Part shown: in pieces, positions 8,101 to 15,203 of the stretch
Layout: the number at the start of each line of letters is the position of its first letter
Position numbering within the stretch: the first letter of the stretch is position 1
IMG/VR virus record: IMGVR_UViG_3300031994_000066
DNA: 20,000 nucleotides
Direction: 5' to 3' (one strand)
DNA from: an uncultured virus (IMG/VR IMGVR_UViG_3300031994_000066)
Taxonomy: Duplodnaviria > Heunggongvirae > Uroviricota > Caudoviricetes
Program-made: the position numbers and the translations under genes
Notes under the pieces: generated by a model
Told to the model about the DNA's origin: nothing
The model's input: only the letters and a program-made list of their open reading frames with translations
Database searches by the model: none

Positions 8101-9294
8101 AAGGTCTTTTATGGCTTGCTCGGAAAAGACGTGCTGTGCTTCTGCAACACCACGGTACTGGTTCTGTAGTTGCTTCAATTCAGCACTCTGTGTCGATAGA
8201 GTATTATTGAGCGTTTGCAACAGAGTGTTCTCGGAAGCAGTACGCTCGTCCACTGGCTTGCTCTTAATCTCATTGATACGAGTACGGATGCGTCTATTGT
8301 CATTCCAGAGGTCATTGAGACGGCGAATGTCGGCAGTTTGTTTCTGCGTCATCTCACGTTCCGCCTGCTCGGTGGTCTTGTTGATTCGAGCGAGGTTTTC
8401 TTTCGCCTCTCTCTGCTCGCGGATGATTCGAGACTGCTCGTTTGCCGCCTCGCGAGCCGATATAACGCCAGCCTCTTGCTTGACGTTAAGTTCCATCTGC
8501 TCTTTCTCAAGCTGGGCGAGTTTCTGCTCCCACTTGTCATAGTTTTCTACAACTCCGGCAATAGCGGATGTCTGTTGCTTTCCTTTGGAAAATTCAGCAT
8601 CGAACTCCCTCTGTTTGTCAATGGCTTTCTGCTGCGTCGCGAGCAATTCAGCATAGGCTTGCTGATACGCACCGACAAACTCCACGTTTATCTCGCTCGG
8701 CTGTAGACCAAGACGAGCGGCATCGTGCAACTTCTGGAAACCGCGAGTTGCTTCGGTTGTACCAACTTGACCTACTCCAGTCTTGATTATTTTCGAGGCA
8801 TCAACGGCTTTCTCCGACATAGCCTTTTCAGCAGCCTTGCGGAACTCTTCTGCGAGTTTCTGTGCCGCCGTATTCAACTTGTCATTTGATGTCTGTGTGA
8901 GGTCAACTGACTTACCAATCGTCTGCATCGCTCTGGTGATGTCGCTCGCCATAGTAGCAAATGAGACACCGACCGTTCCTCCTACAGTGGATGCGTCAAC
9001 ACCAAGTTTCTGCAACTGTGCGCGTATCTTTTCGGTATTGTCTACCATATTCTCACCAAGGCGTTTCATATTGCCTCGTTGAACGCCACTGCCACTACCA
9101 CTATGTTTCGACAACTCAATCTGCAAGTCACCAAGTTGCTTGTACTGGTCGACTATCGCTTGTAAAGCAGAGAGATTGGGTTTCTCCGAAAGAAACTTCT
9201 GCCAGTTGTTTGATAGTTTTGTGACGTTGCTGTCAATCTTACCTATCATATCATTGACCTCTTTCAGAGATGTATTCAGTTCGCCGTTAGCCAT
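2194..9294 (-). CDS. Tape measure protein (2366 aa)
   Basis: Very long, helical/coiled-coil-like ORF downstream of the tail chaperones. It contains the typical tape-measure core (RGEFELQEVAL...SPFSVKQLVTYTKQLAAY...LADISAGLGVDMQRLILAYGQVKA...EVRQFTEAGI) and a hydrophobic ASNPVGWILAIGMAIY segment. Confidence 0.93.
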   Translation of the reverse strand: MANGELNTSLKEVNDMIGKIDSNVTKLSNNWQKFLSEKPNLSALQAIVDQYKQLGDLQIELSKHSGSGSGVQRGNMKRLGENMVDNTEKIRAQLQKLGVDASTVGGTVGVSFATMASDITRAMQTIGKSVDLTQTSNDKLNTAAQKLAEEFRKAAEKAMSEKAVDASKIIKTGVGQVGTTEATRGFQKLHDAARLGLQPSEINVEFVGAYQQAYAELLATQQKAIDKQREFDAEFSKGKQQTSAIAGVVENYDKWEQKLAQLEKEQMELNVKQEAGVISAREAANEQSRIIREQREAKENLARINKTTEQAEREMTQKQTADIRRLNDLWNDNRRIRTRINEIKSKPVDERTASENTLLQTLNNTLSTQSAELKQLQNQYRGVAEAQHVFSEQAIKDLENKIRAERDLAKQNAPKVSLGSTTGDVTTVSGAYRTQIKLYEEENRLLREQQTIRKELQNRSMTDADEKHLESIDKRLKQIKKDRESIANTQLFKSASDQAKLDYAAKQTGEIRRRTNEAMMATAAWARENARVATTYQQLKFAADNIRNVLQNTELTKNEARQLSNELKRIEKKIRDCDKQMGIFNNSSKGLVNTVSQLAQGFGIMFSLQSVSQFARKIVEIRGEFELQEVALKAIVQDSLMGQQIWNETVQNALKSPFSVKQLVTYTKQLAAYRIETDKLTDTTKRLADISAGLGVDMQRLILAYGQVKAAAYLRASEVRQFTEAGINMYGELSKYFSEIEGRAVSTADVVERVSKRMVSFEDVAEVFKRLTDEGGVFYNMQEIQSETVRGQVMKLRDAFDIMLNDIGETSQGTIKDIVSLLLNMTRNWKEIVKVMRPVFDYFLMFKVVIPILKSISIAISNVETRMALALERVYSTTTGTKVLNAALKTQGLTLKSINLSWLGFKATITAVNAAGVETTRTMSMLSLSFKTLVVGIKNIGRAFSALWKGITAMFASNPVGWILAIGMAIYQLYNKIKGANDEIRKFNENLDKSLKKNEDDIEDSVSNFKRLADAITKTAKTEEERNEAYNSLRAQYAEILPAYMLEIGYLESITDGYKAAEAAIRNYKTEKARQEAIENVKNDMSNEIETDREDIAEAIRGEGFMRGDNRDASGNTIEFTNTQSERIASQFKAWMDDMLDQGKVATYQEAWSKLQEIVTQTTGKILDPKISEQNGKIDINIRDLIDDYSKLVGQVQTVNARFDESTVGGQYVTQINDLREQIKAEQAKKNGGNDATIQGYEKQIESLENKVEKLKTLQDFEEDAKQKEEELAATINSYNTIAKKVVALKETQRRIAELEAKTAEERTDAEKAELERLKEQEKYGINIAALAEKNAEFFGVDNDETVHDAIEMQNIAIEKQLALYDEQAKTLANKREELQNEYNSTTDDAYKTALAAVITEIEKKQEDLVKKSSELGQDWAKAWNDETEKSIKALEIDKTNSTLRRYVNELAVTAGSNAKKVGETARKNQKEIQEQIEMYERILAKSGKEMAESITGVTADILPALKELQKLSKERADEILGPEKNKGGHGRDPFNDRLNVLKEMFSEARKLNKELYGTAVSADKIVTQYKKAFEAAFGKTSGNRKANALWTEVQRQLEKNWNGGENTQQLVEALRKMKESGFVNKKNMPAFEKFLSQMEVEVTLSDRKDSREKFKKDFDQWMSDLNLSKELEKMGTPVEFYELFGLKKDDQTVAVIRNRVEDYYNTLRDANGKLGDEDAKQREETLRKLADIEDKEKKDRMKTYLKYVMAELNEVEKAYYEFEHARNEINKAFAGEDEEMVKARENALLGANKEFQKKIAKTRWNDLKSSDMYTMLFSDLDNIADETLNQMKKTLVDFLNEPGIKQNLTSSELRHIQEQLDKIDQLEQKRHPFKYLADDFNVFWKQLSQGARSNAIEKQRAQLEKVAKMRLEYQRLEARVGEAKASAGDGFKADAAYQAAKKAADEYEEQLREQERQLDDDTRAVNRFRQAQERLATSLEKAGNDPKAIINAGTSLYTNWMKMTSRMNQANDQVVASINQMANDIGDAIGNIAKIIASEGSDVTAWIGLVASIGSIISDDIDIHEATLDKEIKELDKKLSNISRRIELFEKQMDRAMSRDDYFDNYNKQMNELSAKLSALQEQYNAEAKKKNPDSEALEGYRASMDEVYEEQRALREKMTQEWGGIGESSWRSASEEFVDAWMQAFQETGDGLSGLQDNFDEFVKNLFKKQATMRIANMMLQPLFDMIDQATEDGTFTRSELDAVRQRAAQIFPELNEALKGLWEELGVGMDATDTLSGLQQGIQGITEATAEVIEGYLNSIRFFIAEDNMMLRQIRDAVLSGTQSASYAILSRIDENVRRIWDKLSDITMPNQTANTMAVRIVA

Positions 9295-9331
9295 CTTATT
9301 TTGTTTTATATGTTGATTTATCTGTTACTTT

Positions 9332-9562
9332 CTACTCAAATAATGGAACGCCGAAATCGTTGTTAAGGTTGTCGAGGTCTATGTCTTTCGCTTTCTTCAT
9401 AGCCACCTCTTCGTCTGATAAATATTTCGCCCTCGTGTAGTCTAAAGCCATCAACCTTATCATCGGTACACTCACGCCCCACATATAGGTCTCCAGAGAT
9501 ATGAACGGGTTGGCTTTAAGGAAATTTACCATATCACCAGCCTCGCTCACTGAATATATCAT
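9332..9562 (-). CDS. Tail assembly chaperone, second part (gpT-like; probably expressed as a -1 frameshift fusion)
   Basis: ORF track. Overlaps the upstream gene by ATGA, lies in its -1 frame, and sits directly upstream of the tape measure gene. Confidence 0.7.
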   Translation of the reverse strand: MIYSVSEAGDMVNFLKANPFISLETYMWGVSVPMIRLMALDYTRAKYLSDEEVAMKKAKDIDLDNLNNDFGVPLFE

Positions 9563-10152
9563 TTCTGTCCGCTCGTCTTCTTTTTCCGTTCTCTCTTTTT
9601 CTCGGTTATGCTCGTCCTGAATATCTGGAGCGTACCCAGAACGTCGTCCGTAAAAAAACTGACATCAAGCATCTGAAATACCTCAAGCAGAAGCACAGAA
9701 TATTCAGCCTTGTTTCCCTCCCACTCCAGCGTATCTTTCGTGGCATAGAACAAATCTGAATATCCGTTCAAAGGATTGCCATCCTTAAACAACTTCTGCC
9801 GGTCGTTCAACAACGCCAACGTCAGCACCTCCATAACAGCCGGAATGTTCACGGCAAAAGCCTTGAACACGTCACCAGCCGTAGCACCGTCTTTCAATTC
9901 CATATCCGCGATGATTTTGGCTATACGCATTTGTGTACCCATCCTCAAAGCGTGTATTTCCCACTCCGTGCCAGCCAGATTCACCATCCTTGGAGAATCG
10001 GACATTATCTCGGCCAGGCGAGCTTGACTTTCGAGGTCAACCTGCAACTCGCTCGGAATACCAGCACCGGCTTCAGTCATTGGCTGAACTCCGGCGTTGA
10101 CATCCGCAACGGTCTGTCCTGTCCTTGAGTTTTTTACTTCTACTACACCCAT
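9559..10152 (-). CDS. Tail assembly chaperone (gpG-like)
   Basis: Lies between the tail tube and tape measure genes and contains an in-frame T TTT TTT heptamer (codons S-F-F) near the 3' end. Confidence 0.75.
   Translation of the reverse strand: MGVVEVKNSRTGQTVADVNAGVQPMTEAGAGIPSELQVDLESQARLAEIMSDSPRMVNLAGTEWEIHALRMGTQMRIAKIIADMELKDGATAGDVFKAFAVNIPAVMEVLTLALLNDRQKLFKDGNPLNGYSDLFYATKDTLEWEGNKAEYSVLLLEVFQMLDVSFFTDDVLGTLQIFRTSITEKKRERKKKTSGQK
9652..9658 (-). other. Candidate -1 programmed ribosomal frameshift heptamer T TTT TTT
   Basis: The minus strand reads AGT TTT TTT ACG. The -1 frame is open (YGRRSGYAPDIQDEHNREKERTEKEDERTE) and runs directly into MIYSVSEAG of ORF 9332..9562. Confidence 0.65.
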
Positions 10153-10165
10153 ATATTTCTTATTT

Positions 10166-10184
10166 TTTCTTTGTGCAAAATTAC
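10166..10184 (-). promoter_or_regulatory. Bacteroidota-type -7 promoter box upstream of the chaperone/tape measure genes
   Basis: The minus strand reads GTAATTTTGCACAAAGAAA (TAnnTTTG core at 10183-10176). It is just upstream of ATG 10152 and downstream of a terminator. Confidence 0.65.
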
Positions 10185-10238
10185 ACTTTTTTTCTCAATC
10201 AGAGATAGTTTTTTACTTACTTGCGAATTTATTTATTT

Positions 10239-10273
10239 TAAGAAAGGGGCTGTGCGATTGTATCACAGCCCCT
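10239..10273 (-). terminator. Rho-independent terminator after the tail tube gene
   Basis: Perfect 10-bp stem AGGGGCTGTG (10245-10254) / CACAGCCCCT (10264-10273) with a 9-nt loop, followed on the minus strand by TTCTT and an AT-rich stretch. Confidence 0.75.
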
Positions 10274-10321
10274 CTCATCTACGCGAGGTTCGCACATCGC
10301 GCCACGTTCATAAAGCCACGA

Positions 10322-10999
10322 TTAGGCGGCGGCAGGAGCATAGCTGATAGCGGCGAACTTAACGTCAGCCCACTCGGTCGTAGACAGCGAGGCGATAACC
10401 GCGCCGCCAGCCGACTGAATCTGCCAAGCGGAGTTGCTGGGCGAGGCACTGGGAACAGCGGAAGCCAGCGGGATGAACAGCGGGGTCTCGTAGGCAGCGG
10501 TGGCAGTACCAGAAGCCACAACGCCAGTAGCGTAGGCAGTGCCAGACAGAGTACCCTCGGCAGAACCAGTCTTGAGAGTGCCGATGACAGCCTTGCTGTT
10601 GAGCTTGAGCTTCGGAATGATGATGTCCTTGGTGCTGTCCTTGAACGTGATACGCACGGCGACATAGAGGTCTTCGTACTGCGACGGGAACATAATCACG
10701 TCACCGTCCTTGGTGCATCCGAACATCGTGGTGAGGATGTCGTTCTGGAAGTCGATGCACGTTGCGCTGAACTGGAAGTTGCCGAGAGTGATGTTCTCGA
10801 ACAGAGGCGTGTTGCCAAATTCCCAATCCTTGGTGTTGACGTTGTTGTCGTCCTGCTCAATGTTGATAGAGTCAGCGACGATGGCGCGGATGTCGTAGGT
10901 GTCCGTACCGATGGTGTCCTCCGCAGTATACGGAGTTACATACAGGTGGCTCGCGTTGCTGAACACGATGCGACCATTGTCAAGTTTTTTTACGGCCAT
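10322..10999 (-). CDS. Major tail (tube) protein
   Basis: Canonical position between tail terminator and chaperone genes. It is a 225-aa beta-rich, T/A/G-rich protein with strongly biased codons like the capsid gene, and is followed by a terminator. Confidence 0.85.
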   Translation of the reverse strand: MAVKKLDNGRIVFSNASHLYVTPYTAEDTIGTDTYDIRAIVADSINIEQDDNNVNTKDWEFGNTPLFENITLGNFQFSATCIDFQNDILTTMFGCTKDGDVIMFPSQYEDLYVAVRITFKDSTKDIIIPKLKLNSKAVIGTLKTGSAEGTLSGTAYATGVVASGTATAAYETPLFIPLASAVPSASPSNSAWQIQSAGGAVIASLSTTEWADVKFAAISYAPAAA

Positions 11000-11026
11000 A
11001 ATTGTTACTTTTAATTGGGTTATTAC

Positions 11027-11416
11027 TTAATACACATTCAAAATCAATTCATACTGGTTGACGTGCATCAGAGCATCTTCGTCGTACCCAGCATTTGTAG
11101 AGTAAACAGAAATTCTGTACTTGTCATCGGTGCTGTTTTCAATCGCATTGATGAGTTTTTCTTCAAGCGATTTCATCTTTGCGACATTCTTCGTGCCGTC
11201 AGACAGCGGACGAGCGTACAGATAGATGTAGAACGTACCAGAAGCGTAGGCCTCAAAGTCTATCATAGGCAGACTACAATCAAACAGCACCATTTCCGTC
11301 CACTCATCTTGAATAACATCAGGTAGAGTGCTTGGAAATACGTTGTTTGAAACAGCCGGTTTCAATAAGTCGTATAGGAACGTCTCAATGCTTGATATGG
11401 AGAAATCGAGTCTCAT
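11027..11416 (-). CDS. Tail terminator / tail-to-head joining protein
   Basis: 129-aa acidic protein directly upstream of the tail tube gene. Size, alpha/beta pattern (SSIETFLYDLL..., GTFYIYLYAR) and synteny fit. Confidence 0.65.
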   Translation of the reverse strand: MRLDFSISSIETFLYDLLKPAVSNNVFPSTLPDVIQDEWTEMVLFDCSLPMIDFEAYASGTFYIYLYARPLSDGTKNVAKMKSLEEKLINAIENSTDDKYRISVYSTNAGYDEDALMHVNQYELILNVY

Positions 11417-12516
11417 TACTTCTTACGTCTTTTCAGTTTCTTTCTTTTCTGTGCGTTTTTATGTCTTTTGAGGTTTATCAACTTCATCAGATGGCTCTGT
11501 TCGTGTCCTTTCCTACCCATCGGATATTTGTGCTTTTTCTGTTGCTTCATACCACGAGTGGTAGTAACAATATGTTTGCGATATTTACCCTCTGGGTTGA
11601 CAAGTCCACGAGAACCAATGTATGATTCGTAGTTTCCAACTTTCTTGTAGAACTCTTCAGTCCTTGCAGAGCCAATAGGCTCATTCGTGTAGTGAAATCG
11701 TGCGGTAGAAAGACGCAAGTCACCAAATTCCCTCTGCATCTGCTTCACGATGTCGGAGAAACCATACAGAACACGTTTTCTCTTGCTTTCGAGAAACACA
11801 GCATAGTACATCGGATTCGCAACAACAAGCGTAATCCCTTTCGTGAATTGTGTTTGAAAAGTTCCGAAAAACCTCCGAAACTCCTCCCCACCAGACAGCG
11901 TTTTAGGTCTATCGCTCAAGTAGTTTTGATTTCGAGAACCTTTAATGCGTTGTTTCTCTTCAACAAATGCGTATTTCGCATAGTTCCAACCCCACTTCGA
12001 TTTGTTTGCATAGGCGCCCGTCTCGTTGACATATTCAGAACCATCTTTATAATGGTGCATTATATGGTATTTGTTAGCATAGAACAAGCGAGTGTTCTTA
12101 CTGCCAACTCTCTTACCACCTCTTGCAAGAGCCGTTTCGTACTGCGCACGACCAGTTCTATGAGACAAGTTGAAACGGCGTATATTGGTCGTTTCATAGT
12201 TCATCTGATATGCGCGTTCTCTTGCTCTTTGCGGAGGTTGCCAAACGAGGTCATCGCTCTTCTTTCCGTCGATTACCACAAAGCAACCAAAAGCGTCGTG
12301 CAAGTTGAACGTCTGGTTCTTGAAACTACGATTGTACGAGACATAGCGTTTCAGTCGACGAGAAGCCTCCTCGAATAGGTTACGAGCCAGAATAAGCAAC
12401 ATCTCTCGCTCATCAATAAGACGTGCGCCGAAGAGTTGGTACACACTCTGGTTTACCTCTCTCGACCGAGGGAGATAACCAAAATTGGCTTCTATATATA
12501 ACCCATAACCGTTCAT
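11416..12516 (-). CDS. Tail completion / neck protein (HK97 gp10-like), enlarged and highly basic
   Basis: Synteny between head closure and tail terminator. Motifs FKNQTFNLHDAFGCFVVIDG and GITLVVANPMYYAVFLES resemble the two conserved blocks of this family. At 366 aa it has a K/R-rich tail and a TAATG overlap with the next gene. Confidence 0.6.
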   Translation of the reverse strand: MNGYGLYIEANFGYLPRSREVNQSVYQLFGARLIDEREMLLILARNLFEEASRRLKRYVSYNRSFKNQTFNLHDAFGCFVVIDGKKSDDLVWQPPQRARERAYQMNYETTNIRRFNLSHRTGRAQYETALARGGKRVGSKNTRLFYANKYHIMHHYKDGSEYVNETGAYANKSKWGWNYAKYAFVEEKQRIKGSRNQNYLSDRPKTLSGGEEFRRFFGTFQTQFTKGITLVVANPMYYAVFLESKRKRVLYGFSDIVKQMQREFGDLRLSTARFHYTNEPIGSARTEEFYKKVGNYESYIGSRGLVNPEGKYRKHIVTTTRGMKQQKKHKYPMGRKGHEQSHLMKLINLKRHKNAQKRKKLKRRKK

Positions 12517-12520
12517 TCAA

Positions 12521-12874
12521 CTACACTTGGTTGGATTCTACAAACGCAAACCATCCTCCGAGTTGACTGGAGAATACTCCAATAACCTTTCCTATCACCG
12601 GCAGACCGTCTTGCTCCCCTCGGAATAGATTACCGCGCTGTACTGGCACGGTTTCACCATCCCAAGGAGAGAAAGGCACGTCTATACGATAAACGGCGTG
12701 GATGTTCGTTCCGTAGCGAGCGTGGCTGTCTTGTTGAATGTCACACTTGACGGTGCAAATCGTCTGTTCCGTCTCGGTCTGTTGGTCGAGAGGAGCGTCA
12801 CGGTCTATAACGGAGGTGTAGAACTCTCCAGTATAGGGTGCAAGTTTCAATTCGTCACGGTCAATGTAGGACAT
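12521..12874 (-). CDS. Head closure (stopper) protein
   Basis: About 117 aa and beta-rich, directly after the adaptor gene. The ATG at 12874 is preferred over the TTG at 12880 given by the ORF track. Confidence 0.6.
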   Translation of the reverse strand: MSYIDRDELKLAPYTGEFYTSVIDRDAPLDQQTETEQTICTVKCDIQQDSHARYGTNIHAVYRIDVPFSPWDGETVPVQRGNLFRGEQDGLPVIGKVIGVFSSQLGGWFAFVESNQV

Positions 12875-12885
12875 CTTCAATACAG

Positions 12886-13254
12886 TTACTCGTCAAACTT
12901 CATAAACGATACGCCGCCACCATCAATCACTTCCAGCATCGAGTCATCGTACTTACCATAGATAGCCATAAACACACCGTAGATACGTTCCTTGTCTTTC
13001 TCCGTGATATTCTGTGCGCCGTAGGCTTTGGAATACGAGCCGTGCGAATGTTTGGCACTCGCGGAGGTTGTCGGGCCTATCCAGACGCGATACAGAATGT
13101 CGGCACGAAGCAAGTCTTTCTGCTGTGTTGTCAGAGCGTCGAAAGAGGTAACACCGGCCACCCCGCGTTCTTGGGCGATACCAAGAAGCACGTCCTTGTC
13201 AACGAGGAAGCCGGTCATACCAGACATATACGATATTATGTCAAAGCTATCCAT
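12886..13254 (-). CDS. Head-tail adaptor (connector) protein
   Basis: 122-aa mostly helical protein directly after the major capsid gene, with a DLLRADILY helix followed by an S/G-rich hairpin (SAKHSHGSYSKAYG) as in adaptor proteins. Confidence 0.7.
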   Translation of the reverse strand: MDSFDIISYMSGMTGFLVDKDVLLGIAQERGVAGVTSFDALTTQQKDLLRADILYRVWIGPTTSASAKHSHGSYSKAYGAQNITEKDKERIYGVFMAIYGKYDDSMLEVIDGGGVSFMKFDE

Positions 13255-13262
13255 AGGGCAGA

Positions 13263-14420
13263 TTACTGGTCAGCGGTGGAGGTGTCGATGATGTAGTGAT
13301 ACAGGAACTCATCGAGAGAGGGAACAGCCGAGAACATAGTGTCGGTGTGCCACTCTTTCAGATTACCATTGGGGATAACCGAGTTCATCACAAGAGCCAG
13401 ACCGTCAACAGCGGAAGAGAAGTTGAACTGGACGGCTTTGTTGGCGAACTTGGAGTAAACCTCCTCGTCGAGGACATTGGTACGACGGATGTAACCGGCG
13501 TAGCCGATAGGACGGAGAACGGCAACAGTGTCAGCCCAGCCGTGGACGATGCCAGAAGTCTGGTCTTTCTGCGACTCCTCAACGATGACAATCTTCGGCA
13601 GGCCCTCGAAAGAAGCCAGAGCCTCGTTTGCCATTTCGGTGGTCACGACGATGTTGCTGGGAAGCAGCACGTTGTTCATAGAACGCATATAGCGTACCCA
13701 TTCAATCACCTGCGCGTTATTGAGGAAGTTGTTGTTCCACATATTGCGAGTAATCTCAAGCTGGAACTGGATATTCACACCAGTTGCATCCTTGATACCC
13801 TTAACCAGCGTGACAATCTGGTCAAGGAGGCGGGCGGTGGTGTCCGACCAAACCTTTGCACCAGCGGTCTTGAAGTTGGAGGCAGGAATGTCGGCTTTCT
13901 CAAGTTTATCCTTGATACCGAGACCATACTGGTAGTTGATTTTACCAGTAGACATCAGTTGGGCAGACATATTGGAGAGGGTCTGGTTCACCGAGTCAAT
14001 CTGCGGCTGGGCGACCTGCTCGACCCATTCCTGGACGAGTTCGCGGTCGTTACCGAGCTGTGCATACAGACGCTCGCGATAGAGACGAGTTTTTGCGGTT
14101 TCGAGATAACCGTCGGTGATGAAGTCGGGAATTGAGCCGGTATAGAACTCGGCGTTACCGACCTCACGCTGCACCGAATCGCCCAGAGGAGCGCGGAGGT
14201 GAGCCATCGAGCCGGTTTCGATTCTACGCATCTCGGAGCGGAAAGTGGCACGACCGAGAGCGTCGGTGGGAGTGATTTGCGGGTCGATAAGGAATTTCTC
14301 GCGCCAGAACGTGTGGTTCGAGTAAATCATATCGGGGTCATTGAGGATGGTAGACATAATCTGCCGACCCTCTTTGCTCTCCCACAGCTTATAGAACTGG
14401 GATGTGTCAAATTTGTGCAT
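13263..14420 (-). CDS. Major capsid protein (HK97 fold, lambda gpE-like)
   Basis: 385 aa with strong codon bias and a VWSDTTARLLDQI motif resembling gpE-family capsids. It follows the scaffold and decoration genes and precedes the adaptor. Confidence 0.85.
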   Translation of the reverse strand: MHKFDTSQFYKLWESKEGRQIMSTILNDPDMIYSNHTFWREKFLIDPQITPTDALGRATFRSEMRRIETGSMAHLRAPLGDSVQREVGNAEFYTGSIPDFITDGYLETAKTRLYRERLYAQLGNDRELVQEWVEQVAQPQIDSVNQTLSNMSAQLMSTGKINYQYGLGIKDKLEKADIPASNFKTAGAKVWSDTTARLLDQIVTLVKGIKDATGVNIQFQLEITRNMWNNNFLNNAQVIEWVRYMRSMNNVLLPSNIVVTTEMANEALASFEGLPKIVIVEESQKDQTSGIVHGWADTVAVLRPIGYAGYIRRTNVLDEEVYSKFANKAVQFNFSSAVDGLALVMNSVIPNGNLKEWHTDTMFSAVPSLDEFLYHYIIDTSTADQ

Positions 14421-14424
14421 AGTT

Positions 14425-14434
14425 CCTCCTTTCT
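14425..14434 (-). promoter_or_regulatory. Strong Shine-Dalgarno-like sequence upstream of the major capsid gene
   Basis: The minus strand reads AGAAAGGAGG-AACT-ATG. Confidence 0.55.
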
Positions 14435-14437
14435 TGA

Positions 14438-15178
14438 TTAAGCGTAGTAGTCAATTTTGAACCATCCGTTGATGTGGCTTCTGTTGAGAGCCTTTACGCA
14501 AGCAGGCAGAGGCGACATCTTGTTGGTGTACATCAGACCACCAAGCGCGGGAGAGTAATAGGAACGAGGCCCGTCGTAGCCCTCATTGGACGTGGTGTCG
14601 GGGGCAAAGACCATATCACCATCGCTGGGAGCGACAGCGTTGATAGCCTTGACGAGCATAGCCTTGGTGTCACCAGCCTCTTCTGCCTCAACGAGAACCT
14701 TACCTTTGGTCGGGTCGGAGGTGAAAGCGGCGGAGAGGGTCAACTGCCACACGGGGTAAGTGGTAGTGCTAATGGTGACTGTAGTCTCGGTGACGGCGGT
14801 AACAGTAACAGCCTTACCAGTGCCTCCGATTGCGGAGGGCTCGACCATCAGAACGTCACCGACAAAGGGTTTGTGTCGGAAAGCGTCGCGATAGATATTG
14901 ACAGTAGTGCCGTCAGCGGAAACGACCTCATAGGTCTTGAGCAGGTACAGTTCGGGGTTCACACCGTTCTCATCCAGACGGAACTCGAAGAGGTCGCCGG
15001 CAAAGAATTTGGCGGGACCGAGGAACGGATTCATCAGTTTGCCACCAAAGGTCGGCTCGACCATCTGGTCTTTGATTCCCTTGAGTTTCACGAACACGTT
15101 GCGAGAACCGCCGATAGAGCCTCGGTTCTGCATAATGACGCGACCGAAAAACGCTCCAAATCTCTGAATAGGGTTCAT
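14438..15178 (-). CDS. Head decoration / minor capsid protein
   Basis: 246 aa between scaffold and capsid genes (the gpD-like position), with high-expression codon bias and a T/V-rich beta insert (KAVTVTAVTETTVTISTTT). Confidence 0.6.
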   Translation of the reverse strand: MNPIQRFGAFFGRVIMQNRGSIGGSRNVFVKLKGIKDQMVEPTFGGKLMNPFLGPAKFFAGDLFEFRLDENGVNPELYLLKTYEVVSADGTTVNIYRDAFRHKPFVGDVLMVEPSAIGGTGKAVTVTAVTETTVTISTTTYPVWQLTLSAAFTSDPTKGKVLVEAEEAGDTKAMLVKAINAVAPSDGDMVFAPDTTSNEGYDGPRSYYSPALGGLMYTNKMSPLPACVKALNRSHINGWFKIDYYA

Positions 15179-15203
15179 TTTTGTTCTGTGTTTTTGTTAA
15201 TAA

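Noticed and set aside
2062..10154. Identical 11-mer tacacccatat around the start codons at 2070 and 10152
   Set aside because: Short, includes the ATG itself, and the proteins share nothing beyond MGV; compatible with chance.
10279..10330. Possible SPP1-like +1 frameshift extension of the tail tube protein
   Set aside because: The end reads GCC TAA rather than CCC TAA, and the +1 frame would add only about 14 residues, not a domain.
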